Assembly (NCBI GenBank): GCA_963768305.1
Contig: CAVYHE010000003.1
Location: 32,001 to 96,000 of the forward strand
Reading direction: 5' to 3'
DNA length: 64,000 nucleotides
From: an uncultured bacterium
GTDB taxonomy: Bacteria > Margulisbacteria > WOR-1 > CAVSGV01
Shown: positions 45,675 to 56,348 of the stretch, piece after piece
Layout: each line of letters starts with the position of its first letter
Numbering within the stretch: the first letter of the stretch is position 1
The notes under the pieces: model-generated
Database searches by the model: none
What the model saw: the letters and a program-made list of their open reading frames with translations, nothing else
What the model was told of the DNA's origin: nothing
Translations under genes and position numbers: made by a program

Positions 45675-47078
45675 ATGGCGATTAATTTCGGGACCGATGG
45701 CTGGAGAGCCGTCATATCAGACGAGTTCACGTTCGAGAACGTCAGGATAGTCGCGCAGGCGATAGCGAGCTACGTGAATGACAAGAAACTCGGAGGAAAA
45801 GGCATCATTGTCGGTTACGATCCCAGGTTCATGGCGGAACATTATGCCGAAGAAATAGTCAAGGTCCTCCACGGCAACGGCATACCATGCTTCATGCCCG
45901 ACCGGGATACTCCGACTCCGGTAGTCGCATTCTCCGTGAAAGATAAAAAAGCTGGCGGGGCCATAATGGTGACCGCCAGCCATAACCCGCCGCAATATTG
46001 CGGGATGAAGTTCATCCCGGATTATGCAGGTCCCGCATTTTCACATATCACTGACCAGATAGAAAAACATCTTAAGACCATTGAAACAGTATCTGCGAAG
46101 CCTTCGCTTAAGATCGAGCGGTTCAATCCTATGAAGAGGTATCAGAAGCACCTGGAAGAGGTGATAGATTTTGATGTTATCAGGAAAGCTAAATTGAAAG
46201 TTGCCTATGACTCGCTCTGGGGAACCGGCAGGGATTATCTGGACAGGATACTTCAGGATGCAGGATGCGAAGTTACAGTTATCCACGGATATCGTGATGT
46301 GCTTTTCGGCGGGATCACGCCGGAACCGATAGGCGAGCACTTGAAAGAACTAAAAGATGTTGTCTTGAAGAACGGCTGTGCGGCCGGTTTATCCACGGAT
46401 CCTGATGCCGACAGATTCGGCATTATCGATGAAAAGGGCACGTATATCTCTGCTAACCAGGTCATAGCTACGGTTTTTGCTTATCTGGTGGATGAAAGAG
46501 GGGAATCAGGCTCGGTTGCCAGAAGTGTTGCCACGACCCATATGATAGATTCCATCGCGGAGGAGCACGGCATAAAGGTCCACGAAACCCCTGTCGGGTT
46601 CAAGTATATAGCAGAAATAATGCTGAAAGAACCGGTTATATTAGGCGGGGAGGAAAGCGGAGGTTTGACAATCGGGGAGCACATACCTGAAAAGGACGGG
46701 ATACTTGCCAATCTCCTTATCTGTGAAATGATCGCGAAACACAAAAAGCCGCTGTCACAGATAATCAAAAATGTTTCTGATAAATACGGCCATTTTTATG
46801 ACAAAAGGGTTAATCTTAAATTGACACAGACGATGAAGGAAGCCTTGATGAAAATACTCGAGAATGAGCCGCCGTCCAGATTAGCGGGCTCCAAACTGAG
46901 CTATATCTCGAAATTGGACGGCGTAAAGATGATTTTTGAGGATAAAAGCTGGATCCTTGCCAGGGCTTCGGGGACGGAGCCTATAGTGAGGATCTATTAT
47001 GAAAACACTTCTGAGGCGAATCTTATGACCACGGTCCAGGACTTTGAAAGTTTCATAACTTCCCACGTCGGTGTATAA
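45675..47078 (+). CDS. phosphoglucomutase/phosphomannomutase family protein
   Basis: FGTDGWR, TASHNP, DPDADR, GEESGG, RASGTEP. Confidence 0.93.
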   Translation: MAINFGTDGWRAVISDEFTFENVRIVAQAIASYVNDKKLGGKGIIVGYDPRFMAEHYAEEIVKVLHGNGIPCFMPDRDTPTPVVAFSVKDKKAGGAIMVTASHNPPQYCGMKFIPDYAGPAFSHITDQIEKHLKTIETVSAKPSLKIERFNPMKRYQKHLEEVIDFDVIRKAKLKVAYDSLWGTGRDYLDRILQDAGCEVTVIHGYRDVLFGGITPEPIGEHLKELKDVVLKNGCAAGLSTDPDADRFGIIDEKGTYISANQVIATVFAYLVDERGESGSVARSVATTHMIDSIAEEHGIKVHETPVGFKYIAEIMLKEPVILGGEESGGLTIGEHIPEKDGILANLLICEMIAKHKKPLSQIIKNVSDKYGHFYDKRVNLKLTQTMKEALMKILENEPPSRLAGSKLSYISKLDGVKMIFEDKSWILARASGTEPIVRIYYENTSEANLMTTVQDFESFITSHVGV

Positions 47079-47088
47079 TAAGGCCAAG

Positions 47089-47625
47089 ATGAACGCTTCA
47101 AAAGAAAAGATCGTGATGGACAAAGAGGAGATAGGTCTCGCCTTAAAACGCATCGCGAAAGAGATAGTCGAGAATAATAAAGGCACAAAAGACCTTGTGC
47201 TGGTCGGCATTCTGGAGAGAGGACTTCCTCTCGCACAGCGGCTTTCAAAGCTTATCGAATCCTCTGAAAGAGCCAAAGTGCCGGTCGGCTCCCTGGATGT
47301 TTCGCTTCACAGGGATGACATATTGAAAAAAGGTCCGACCATCCAAATGAAAAGCTCCGACATCCCATTCTCCATTGACGGCAAGATAGTGATACTTGTC
47401 GACGACGTGATCTACGCAGGCAGGACCATAAGGGCGGCCATGGACGGCCTTGCCGATTACGGGAGGGCGTCAAAGATACAGCTTGCGGCACTTGTGGACC
47501 GCGGGCACAGGGAAGTCCCCATCCATCCTGATTATGTCGGGAAAAAAGCTGCAACCACTGCCGATGAAGATGTGACAGTGAATCTGACTGAAACTGACGG
47601 CGCGGACAAAGCGGTCATTAAATAG
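47089..47625 (+). CDS. pyrR: PyrR-family uracil phosphoribosyltransferase/regulator
   Basis: RDD, ILVDDVIYAGRTIRAA, LVDRGHRE.PI.PDYVGK. Confidence 0.88.
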   Translation: MNASKEKIVMDKEEIGLALKRIAKEIVENNKGTKDLVLVGILERGLPLAQRLSKLIESSERAKVPVGSLDVSLHRDDILKKGPTIQMKSSDIPFSIDGKIVILVDDVIYAGRTIRAAMDGLADYGRASKIQLAALVDRGHREVPIHPDYVGKKAATTADEDVTVNLTETDGADKAVIK

Positions 47626-47627
47626 CC

Positions 47628-49675
47628 TTAACTCTTTACTCTGCTGATCCCTTCTTCATTCTCGACCACTTCAATGATGTTCTCGACGCAGTCCTTTATG
47701 TCTTCAACGTGCGTGATCAATATTATCTGCCTGAATTTCTTTGAAAGATTGTTCAGCGCCTGGATTATCAGCCCCTTGCGCTGCATGTCCTGGGAGCCGA
47801 AGATCTCGTCCAGGATAATGAATCCCGTCTCGATCCCGCTGGACTCCGCTATGAGCTGGGATATCGCGAGACGCAGGCAGAGATTGGCGACATCCGCTTC
47901 ACCGCCGGAGAACCGCTGAAGAGGATATTTTGTGTTCCCGTCATAGATGAAAAGATTGTATTCCTCGTCCAGCTCCACGCCGGTGTATTTGCCGGCCGTC
48001 AGCTCGGCAAGGAGAGTTCCGGAGATCTCGGAAAGCTTCGGCCTTATCCTTGATATAAGGAACCGCCTGTAATTGTTCACCAGGTTAATGAACCGTTCCT
48101 GTTTTTCATGCGAGGTGGTCAGGTCGTTGATTTGTTTTTGTGCGTTTTCCGCATCGTCTATCTCTTTTGTTTTTTCATTTATCTGCGTGGCGAGCCTTTC
48201 CATTTCAAGCTTCAGGTCGTTCCTTATGTTATATTCCTTGCTTAATGCCGAATTGGCCGCGTCGAATTCTTCGGTGATCTGTTCATGTTTTTTTTCGTCA
48301 TAATGGATCTTTTTCAATTCTGCCAGCGCGGTCTTCAGCTCTGCTTCCAGGTCTTTTCTTTCCTTCGTCACCCGCAGAAGCATTTCTTCCGACCTTGCTT
48401 TTTCATCCATCTTCGCTTTTGCCTTCGGATATTTCTCATGGGCGTCTTCCAGCTCTTCCAGCCTTTTCGCGTTCTTCGCGTATTCCGCGAAATCGAACTT
48501 CAGGTCCTTGACCGATGCTTTTTTCTCCTCTTTCAGGGCTTTTATCGCGATTTTTAGCGTCTCGGCGCTGTTTTTTATCTTATCCATTTCCTCGTCAAAA
48601 TGCCTTTCTATGGTCATTTTATCCTTTATAAGCTGTCCGCAGGTAGGGCAGGGCTGGCCGACTTTAAGGAGTTTCTTGTTGCCGCCCAGCTCCTTGTACC
48701 TTTCCCGCAGGCCTTCCAGCGTCATTTCCATGGCCTGGATCTCCGATTCCTTGGCTATGGACAGTTTCTTCTGAAGTTTCTCTATATCGATATATTCCTT
48801 ATACGCTTTTTCCAGGCCGATCATTTCCTTGCCCAGTTCTTTCATCTCGATCAGCTGGTCGTTCAGCTCCGATTCCCTTTTTGAAAGCCCGGTCAGCCGG
48901 GCTTCGATGCCCGTCCTTTTTTTATCGAACTCCGCGTATTTATTGGAAACGGCCCTTTCTTCGTTGAACTTCGCCTTGAACTTTGACATGTTCGCTTCCA
49001 GTTCCTTGATCCTGGCTTCGGCCATGCTCAGCTCTTTTCCGATCTGGTCAAAAGTTTTCTTGATGGCCAATTTTTCGGCGAGCAGTTCCGTCGGGGCTTT
49101 TATTACGACTTTCTTTTTAAGGAGGTCCAGCTCAAGCTTATTTTCCTTTATCCTGTTCTTTACCGAGTCGATCACTTTGTCCACGGCGTCTATCCTGAGC
49201 ATCCTTATTATCGTGTCGCGCCTGGAGGCAGGAGTGAGGTCCGTCAATGCGTTAAGCTCTTTTTGTCTCGCGAAAAAACTGGTGTAAAAACTTTTCCAGT
49301 CCATGCCCAGAAGATAAGCGACTTCTTTTTCGACCCCTTGACGGAATCGGCGATCACTTTTCCGCCCGCGATCATGGAAGCGTCGGCTGTTTGCGAAGCG
49401 CCTTTCAGCACGCGCACGATCTTGTATTCCGTCCCGCCTATTTCCATTATCAGCTGCGTCTCGACGCTCGCGGACATCGGAGCTGTGGTCCTTTTTATTC
49501 CTTCTTTTCCCGTCCTGGCCGCGTTGGGTCCGTAAAGCGTCCATGCGATCGCTTCCACAAGAGTTGATTTTCCCGCGCCGTTAAGGCCCACGATCCCGGA
49601 GAGGCCGTCGCCGAATTCGATGGTCGAATCCTTGTATTGGCGATAATTTTTCAGCGTCAGTGATTTTAATCTCAT
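47628..49675 (-). CDS. sbcC: SbcC/Rad50-like SMC ATPase (frameshift near 49330)
   Basis: GLNGAGKST, FARQ Q-loop, coiled coil with CPTCG hook, FSGGE, ILDEIFG, LITH. Confidence 0.88.
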
Positions 49676-50823
49676 GATTTCTGTTCTTCCTCTTCTTTCA
49701 CGATGCTGTCGTATTCCTGCGACCAAAGCGAATAAAAAGAATCCCTGTCGTTTTCATTCAGTTCTTTGGATGTTTCAAGGAATGATCTGAACTCTTCCCT
49801 TATTCCCCCCTGAAACATCTTGATTTCCTCCAAGTTGCCTTCTTCGTTGACTTTTTCATATCGCGGTTCAAAATGGACGGCTTCTTTCGCGGCCTCCCTT
49901 ATCTTTTTTGTGTCCAGGGCGTTCATCACGTGCTGGGGAATGTTCTTTATCGTCATCCGGATTATTTTTCCAGCAGGATCTTCTTTTTCGATCAATTTTA
50001 TTATCTCTTCCAGCAGGACAACGGAATCTTTTCCTGAAGCATCGACAGGCGGCATGTCTATCATTGGCCTGATCCTGGTCTTTATCAAATTGTTCTCGCT
50101 TCTCCCGCCAGGTCCACTTCCAGGAATCCTTTTAAGCTGCCTGATTCGTTAAAGCTCATTCTTTCCGACGAACCGCAGAACCAGGAATTCTTCGCCACTT
50201 TCACGCAGTTGTGATAATGGCCCAAGGCGATATAATCGAATTTCGATGCGTTCAGCCATTCATAATCGATCAAAAGCTCGTTCGATTCCCCGTGGCTGAA
50301 TTCTTTCATCCCGGTAACCCCTGAATGTATCATCAGCACGTTCTTTGTGGCGGGATTTAGTTCGATCTTTTCCAGCTCGATCTTTGAATTTATCGTTATT
50401 TTCGCACTGGGGGACCGCGTGGACCGTTAAATTCCCGAAAACAAATGACTCATATTTGTCCTTATAGACTATATTGAACAGTTTTTTATCAAGGGGGAGA
50501 GCTTCGAATATCGAATAAATGCTTCCCTTGTATAATTGTTTCGGAGTTTCGTGGTTCCCGGAAATCATCACCAGGGGAATCCCGGCGTCATAGATCCTCA
50601 TGAGTTGCGAAATGCCGATACTTACTATGCGATTCGTGGGTCTTACAGAGTCAAAAAGGTCACCGCAGTGGAGGACCACGTCCGGGCGCATATTCACAAT
50701 CTTATCCACAGCGTCTATAAAGGCAAGGATGACGTCCTCTTCCCTTTGATTGTAGCCGCTTTCGGATATTTTTCTATACGCGGAATAGCCTAAATGCGTA
50801 TCGGCGAGGTGGACAACTTTCAT
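49672..50823 (-). CDS. sbcD: SbcD/Mre11-like nuclease (frameshifts near 50380 and 50090)
   Basis: HLADTHLG, GDLFD, GNHE, ALGHYH, GSSER. Confidence 0.88.
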
Positions 50824-50831
50824 GACGGGAA

Positions 50832-52407
50832 TTATACCAGAATAGGGCGGGCAATGACATTCTCGCCCTGAAAATCCATGAATTTTACCGAAAATATGGC
50901 CTCCGATCGATTCATCACCGTTATCGTCACCATCGATAAATACCCTTATATAGTTGCCGGTGAGGCCTTCACGCATCCTGTTTTTCCTGTTTTTCTGTTC
51001 GACAAGTATTTCCATCCGCTTATTTTTGAATTTCTGATGGAATTTAAGCATATTTTTTTCTCTTAATTTATCCAGCTGTTCATATCGTGTCGCGATGATC
51101 CTGGGATCGACCTTATTTGGCAGCTTTTGCGCGGCGGTTCCGGGCCTGTCGGAATAGGGGAAAATGTGTATCCTTGAAAAACCGATCTTATCGACAAGCT
51201 TTAAAGTATTCTTGAATGCCTTTTCATCTTCGCCGGGAAAGCCGACGATGATATCAGTTGTTATAGCAACATCTTTTATCCGCTTCTTTATCTTTTTTAC
51301 TATGCTCAAAAAATCTTTTGATGTGTAATTGCGGTTCATCGCTTTAAGTATTTTGTCATCCCCGCTTTGGAGCGGGATGTGGAAATGTCCGCATACTTTC
51401 GGGTTTGTTCTGACGACTTTAATGAGCTCATCCGTGATATACATCGGCTCTATTGAAGACAATCTAATTCGAAACAGGGCATCGATGCCGGATAATTCAT
51501 CGATCAAACACGGCAATGATGTTTTGAATTTGGTTGTTTGAATTTGTTCGGTGCTCGGGGTTTGGTTGTTGGATATTTTAAAATCATTCAAATCTGTTCT
51601 TGTTAGAATGTTTTCTGTTTTGTTATATTCTGTTTTTCGATCGATGGTCGGATTTTGGCCGCCATTAATTTCGAATTCGCCCAAATTAATTCCTGTCAGG
51701 ATAATTTCTTTTACACCGTCTTCGACCATCTGTTTTGCTTCCGAAACTATTTCACCAGTCGGCCTCGATCTTATTTTTCCGCGGACATAAGGAACGATGC
51801 AGTAGCTGCAAAAATTCTCGCAGCCATCTTCGATCATTAAATTTGCCCGGACGCGAAAAGATGGATGACGGTTATTATTTTTGCAAAGGGTTTCATTTTC
51901 TTTTGATGATAAAGACACCATGTTCTTAGATGAGGCATCTTCATGTTCGGATCCGTCATTCTTCTTTAGTGATGATAATGCAAATATTTCTTTGGATGAC
52001 GCATTTGCAAATGAAGGCTCACGACTTTTTAGTTGCGATGAAAATATTTCTGACGATCGAAAAGTTGATTTCGAGAAAATGTTATTATCTAGAATCTTCG
52101 ATATATTTAATTTGTCCTTGTTCTTGATAACGACGTCGATCTCATCGATATCGAATCCATTTCTTTCGACGGCACATCCCGTGACGACGATCCTTGAATT
52201 CGGATTTATCTTTTTCGCATGCTTGATGATGTGCCGCGATTTCTTCTCCGCGACAGAAGTGACGGTGCAGGTGTTGATCACATAGATGTCCGCGGGGCCG
52301 GGGTAGGGGACGACTTCATATCCGGATGCGGAAGCTGATTTTGCCATCTGGTCCGTTTCGTACTGGTTGGACCTGCAGCCGAGCGTGTAAAAAGAGATCT
52401 TAGTCAT
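50832..52407 (-). CDS. mtaB: tRNA t6A37 methylthiotransferase (radical SAM) with two insertions
   Basis: TLGCRSNQYET, INTCTVT, GCENFCSYC, RLSSIEP, DIIVGFPGE, YSDRPGT; own C-terminus ending TAA at 50832 restored by one frameshift near 50900. Confidence 0.9.
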
Positions 52408-52411
52408 TTGA

Positions 52412-53149
52412 TCACAATTCGAATTCGTAATTGATCATGGAGAGGACGGCCGCCGCCGCCGTCTCGGTCCTCAGTATCCTGTTGCCTATTGATAGCGTCG
52501 CGAAGCCCTGCCTTTTTGCGAGAGACGCTTCGTCATGCGAGAAACCGCCTTCCGGCCCGATGAGGATGAGCAAGCTGTTCAATCTTTTATTCTCCCTGAA
52601 AAATGTTTTCAGCGTCCTCTCTTTTTCCATTTCCCACAGCATGACGCAGCGGTCAAAATTATCGCAGAGCATGAAAATTTCCCTGAAGCTTCTTATGTCA
52701 TCCACGATCGGGATAACGGAACGGCCGGACTGCTCCGCGGCTTCCTTCGCGATCTTCTGCCATCTCTCCACTTTCTGAATTTCTTTTTTATCGCGGATCT
52801 TTATAACGCTCCGTTCTGTCATTATCGGAATTATCCTGGCAACACCAAGTTCCGTCGCTTTCTGGACAATAACGTCCATTTTTGGGTTTTTTGGGAGTCC
52901 CTGGGCTATTATAACCTGTATTTTGAGCTCGGATTTTGGCTGTTTTTCCGCCAAAAACTTGGCTTTTATGGTATTCTTGTCCATAGAGATGATCTTTGAC
53001 GAGAATTCCCTGCTTTTATTGTCCAAAACGGCTATTTCGTCCCCGACCTTGAGCCGCATCACATTTTTAAGGTAGTTCAGGTCGGCCCCACCTATGGTCG
53101 CGATGTTATTCTGGATCTTGTCGGAAGAGATGAATATCCTTGGTATCAT
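52412..53149 (-). CDS. rsmE: 16S rRNA m3U1498 methyltransferase
   Basis: QKATELGV, EAAEQS.R, IGPEGGF, ILRTETA. Confidence 0.95.
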   Translation of the reverse strand: MIPRIFISSDKIQNNIATIGGADLNYLKNVMRLKVGDEIAVLDNKSREFSSKIISMDKNTIKAKFLAEKQPKSELKIQVIIAQGLPKNPKMDVIVQKATELGVARIIPIMTERSVIKIRDKKEIQKVERWQKIAKEAAEQSGRSVIPIVDDIRSFREIFMLCDNFDRCVMLWEMEKERTLKTFFRENKRLNSLLILIGPEGGFSHDEASLAKRQGFATLSIGNRILRTETAAAAVLSMINYEFEL

Positions 53150-53174
53150 TCTGTATTTAGAGCTTTTTATACTG

Positions 53175-53248
53175 TTGGAACCTGAGAATAAATTCTCGGT
53201 TCCAAATTTATATCAATTAGGAACCGCGACTTCAGTCGCAGGTTCCTA
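53175..53248. repeat. REP-like inverted hairpin doublet
   Basis: TTGGAACC-T-GAGAA-TAAA-TTCTC-GGTTCCAA and TAGGAACC-GCGAC-TTCA-GTCGC-A-GGTTCCTA, 12 bp apart. Confidence 0.75.
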
Positions 53249-54367
53249 AAGCTCTTTTATTTCACCTCTCATTTTTCCGAATTTTTTCAGGAGGTCCAGC
53301 TGGTCCCTGGTCAAATTGGTCGGCGTCTCTATATCAACATGCACGTACTGGTCGCCGCGTGACCTGCTGTTCAAATGCGGCAATCCTTTTTCTCTCATCT
53401 TGAGGACAGTGTTCGGCTGCGTCCCCGCGGGAATTTTCAGCATTGCTTTGCCGTCGATGGTCGGGACTTCCAGTTCGGCTCCAAGAGACGCCTGGACAAA
53501 AGTTATCAGCGCCTTGTAATGGAGGTCGGCGCCGTCACGCTCGAACAGCGGATCGTCTTTTACGGAAATGAATATGTAAAGGTCGCCCGGCCCTCCGCCG
53601 GCTTCACCCGCATCTCCGGCTTTCGGTATCCTTAATTTATTTCCCGTTTCTACTCCAGCGGGGATCTTCACCATCACTTTATGCGACTTCTTCACCTGTC
53701 CGGTCCCGCGGCATTCTACGCAGCGCGAAGTTATGACCGTTCCGGTCCCCTGGCAGTCGGGGCAGGGGGTTATCTGGGTGAAGCTGCCGAGTATCGTCCT
53801 TTGGGCGCGTTTGACCTGGCCGGAGCCTTTGCATGTCCCGCATTTTGTCGGGCTGGTCCCGGGACGCGCTCCGGTCCCTTTGCATGTGGGGCACGCGACG
53901 AAGTGGGGAAGGTCAATTTCTTTTTCGAATCCTTTCGCCGCTTCTTCCAGAGTGATCGATATGTCATATCTGAGATCATCCCCGCGCCTTGGGCCTGCGT
54001 GCCTTCTTCCGCCGCCGCCGAAGAAACTTTCAAAAAGATCCTCGAAAGGGCTGCCGCCGAATTCCGCGGAAAAACCTCCGCCGCCTCCCCTGAAAAGATC
54101 GCTGAAATCAAAACCCTGGAATCCGCCGACGGGGCCTCCGGCGAACTGCGGGCCCGCGTGGCCGAACTGATCGTACTGCGCCCGTTTCTGGTTATCGGAG
54201 AGAATGAAATACGCTTCATTGATCTCCTTGAACTTGGTTTCCGCTCCCGGCTCCTTGTTCACGTCGGGATGGAATTTTCTCGCGAGGTTCCTGAACGCTT
54301 TTTTTATTTCATCAGCCGAAGCATTTTTCGATATGCCGAGGATCTCATAATAGTCGCGCTTAGCCAT
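53246..54367 (-). CDS. dnaJ: chaperone DnaJ
   Basis: J domain with HPD, G/F region, four CxxCxGxG repeats. Confidence 0.97.
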   Translation of the reverse strand: MAKRDYYEILGISKNASADEIKKAFRNLARKFHPDVNKEPGAETKFKEINEAYFILSDNQKRAQYDQFGHAGPQFAGGPVGGFQGFDFSDLFRGGGGGFSAEFGGSPFEDLFESFFGGGGRRHAGPRRGDDLRYDISITLEEAAKGFEKEIDLPHFVACPTCKGTGARPGTSPTKCGTCKGSGQVKRAQRTILGSFTQITPCPDCQGTGTVITSRCVECRGTGQVKKSHKVMVKIPAGVETGNKLRIPKAGDAGEAGGGPGDLYIFISVKDDPLFERDGADLHYKALITFVQASLGAELEVPTIDGKAMLKIPAGTQPNTVLKMREKGLPHLNSRSRGDQYVHVDIETPTNLTRDQLDLLKKFGKMRGEIKEL

Positions 54368-54370
54368 CTA

Positions 54371-56269
54371 TCATTCTTTATCTTTGAATTCCGCATCCAT
54401 CGTTTTACTGTCTTCGGACTTTGCTTGCTCGCCCTGAGCTCCGTCAAATGGGGCAGGACCTTCTTTGCCGCCCTTGTCCTTGTATATCTCAGCGGAAACC
54501 TCATAAATGTCTTTTTGCAATGTTTCGAACGCGGACTTGACCTTGCCCATGTCCGTGCCTGCGAGTGCATCCCTCATTTCTTTTATCGATTTCTCCACTT
54601 TTTCTTTTTTGTCCTTGGATATCTTGTCGCCGGCTTCTTTTATCGTCTTCTCGGACGAATAGGCGAGCGCGTCGGCCTGGTTTTTCAGGTCGATATCTTC
54701 GCGTTTTTTCTTGTCTTCAGATTCATGCGCGGAAGCTTCCTTTTTCATCTTTTCGATATCATCCTTCGTTAAACCGGATGACGCGGTGATCGTTATCTTC
54801 TGTTGCTTTCCGCTTCCCTTGTCTTTCGCGGAAACGTTCAGGATGCCGTTCGCGTCTATGTCGAAAGTGACCTCGATCTGCGGAATACCCCTGGGCGCCG
54901 GCGGTATCCCGTCCAGGTGGAACCGGCCAAGCGTCCTGTTATCCGCTGCCATCGGCCGCTCGCCCTGGAGTATGTGTATTTCAACTGAAGTTTGCCCGTC
55001 GGCCGCGGTCGAGAAGACCTGCGACTTTGACGTGGGGATGGTCATGTTCTTTTCTATGAGCTGGGTCATTACGGAGCCGAGGGTTTCTATTCCCAATGTG
55101 AGCGGAGTCACGTCCAGCAGTACCAGCTCTTTCACTTCGCCTGCCAGCACGCCTCCCTGGATCGCGGCGCCAACGGCCACCACTTCGTCCGGGTTCACGC
55201 TACGGTTGGGCTCTTTTCCGAAAATGTTCTTCGCGATCTCGATAACTTTCGGCATTCTTGTCATTCCGCCTACCAGAACTACTTCATCAATTTCATTCGC
55301 CGAAAGACCGGCATCAGACAAAGCTGTCTTGCACGGCCCGACCAGACGGTCGTTGAGAGTTGAAATCAATTGTTCCATTTTTGATCTCGAAAGTTTGATG
55401 ACAAGATGCTTCGGCCCTGAAGCGTCAGCCGTGATGAACGGAAGATTTATTTCAGTCTCGGCAGTTGTAGAGAGCTCGATCTTCGCTTTTTCCGCGGCTT
55501 CTTTCAGTCTCTGGAGCGCCATCCTGTCCTTTGAAAGATCGACTCCCTGTTCTCTCTTGAATTCCTGAGCGAGCCAGTCGATGATCTTCTGGTCGTAATC
55601 ATCGCCGCCGAGGTGGGTATCGCCGTTGGTGGATTTGACCTCGAACACTCCCTCGCCGAGTTCAAGTATCGAAATATCGAATGTTCCGCCTCCGAGGTCG
55701 AATACAGCTATCTTTTCGTTCTTCTTTTTCTCAATGCCGTAAGCTAATGAGGCCGCCGTCGGCTCATTGATTATCCTCATAACTTCAAGCCCTGCGATCT
55801 GTCCCGCGTCCTTTGTCGCCTGTCTCTGGCTGTCGTTGAAATATGCGGGAACGGTGATGACGGCCTGCGTGACTTTTTCGCCGAGATAGTCTTCCGCGGA
55901 CTGTTTCATTTTCTGCAGTATCATCGCGGAGATCTCCGGCGGATCGTAATTCTTGTCGTCTATCTTCACTTTTGCTTCGCCTTTTCCGCCTTCGATGACG
56001 CGGTAGGGGACGAGCTTTATTTCGCTGCCTATCTCGTTGAACCTTCTGCCCATAAACCTTTTGATCGAAAATATCGTATGCTCCGCGTTCGTGATGGCCT
56101 GTCTTTTCGCGACCTGCCCGACGACGCGCGAGCCGTCCTTCAGGAACGATACGATCGACGGAGTGGTGCGTCCGCCCTCGGAATTCGGGATGACGACAGG
56201 TTCGCCGCCCATCATCACCGCGACGCAGCTGTTCGTTGTTCCCAGGTCAATACCTATGATTTTGCCCAT
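54371..56269 (-). CDS. dnaK: chaperone DnaK
   Basis: [32 protein letters not shown]. Confidence 0.98.
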   Translation of the reverse strand: MGKIIGIDLGTTNSCVAVMMGGEPVVIPNSEGGRTTPSIVSFLKDGSRVVGQVAKRQAITNAEHTIFSIKRFMGRRFNEIGSEIKLVPYRVIEGGKGEAKVKIDDKNYDPPEISAMILQKMKQSAEDYLGEKVTQAVITVPAYFNDSQRQATKDAGQIAGLEVMRIINEPTAASLAYGIEKKKNEKIAVFDLGGGTFDISILELGEGVFEVKSTNGDTHLGGDDYDQKIIDWLAQEFKREQGVDLSKDRMALQRLKEAAEKAKIELSTTAETEINLPFITADASGPKHLVIKLSRSKMEQLISTLNDRLVGPCKTALSDAGLSANEIDEVVLVGGMTRMPKVIEIAKNIFGKEPNRSVNPDEVVAVGAAIQGGVLAGEVKELVLLDVTPLTLGIETLGSVMTQLIEKNMTIPTSKSQVFSTAADGQTSVEIHILQGERPMAADNRTLGRFHLDGIPPAPRGIPQIEVTFDIDANGILNVSAKDKGSGKQQKITITASSGLTKDDIEKMKKEASAHESEDKKKREDIDLKNQADALAYSSEKTIKEAGDKISKDKKEKVEKSIKEMRDALAGTDMGKVKSAFETLQKDIYEVSAEIYKDKGGKEGPAPFDGAQGEQAKSEDSKTMDAEFKDKE

Positions 56270-56290
56270 TGTATAAAACCTCCTTTAAAT

Positions 56291-56348
56291 TAGAGACCAG
56301 AGACTAGAGATTGGAGACCAGAATCTCTGATCTCTAATCTCCGATTCT
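56291..56348. repeat. 7-mer GAGA/TCTC array forming an imperfect inverted repeat
   Basis: tagagac cagagac tagagat tggagac ... tctctga tctctaa tctccga. Confidence 0.7.

Noticed and set aside
2627..50400. Mass pseudogenisation or programmed frameshifting
   Set aside because: Breaks hit essential genes, no shared slippery motif is evident and flanking motifs are undecayed; sequencing error is more parsimonious.
51517..52090. Inteins or introns in mtaB
   Set aside because: Short low-complexity inserts with no splicing motifs or intron core.
50260..52407. Apparent MtaB-SbcD fusion (715-aa ORF)
   Set aside because: One frameshift near 50900 restores a plausible MtaB end (FSVKFMDFQGENVIARPILV*), and sbcD has its own ATG and -10 box.
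53681..55568. Long plus-strand ORFs (363 and 285 aa) opposite dnaJ/dnaK
   Set aside because: Antisense shadows of conserved genes with no motifs of their own.
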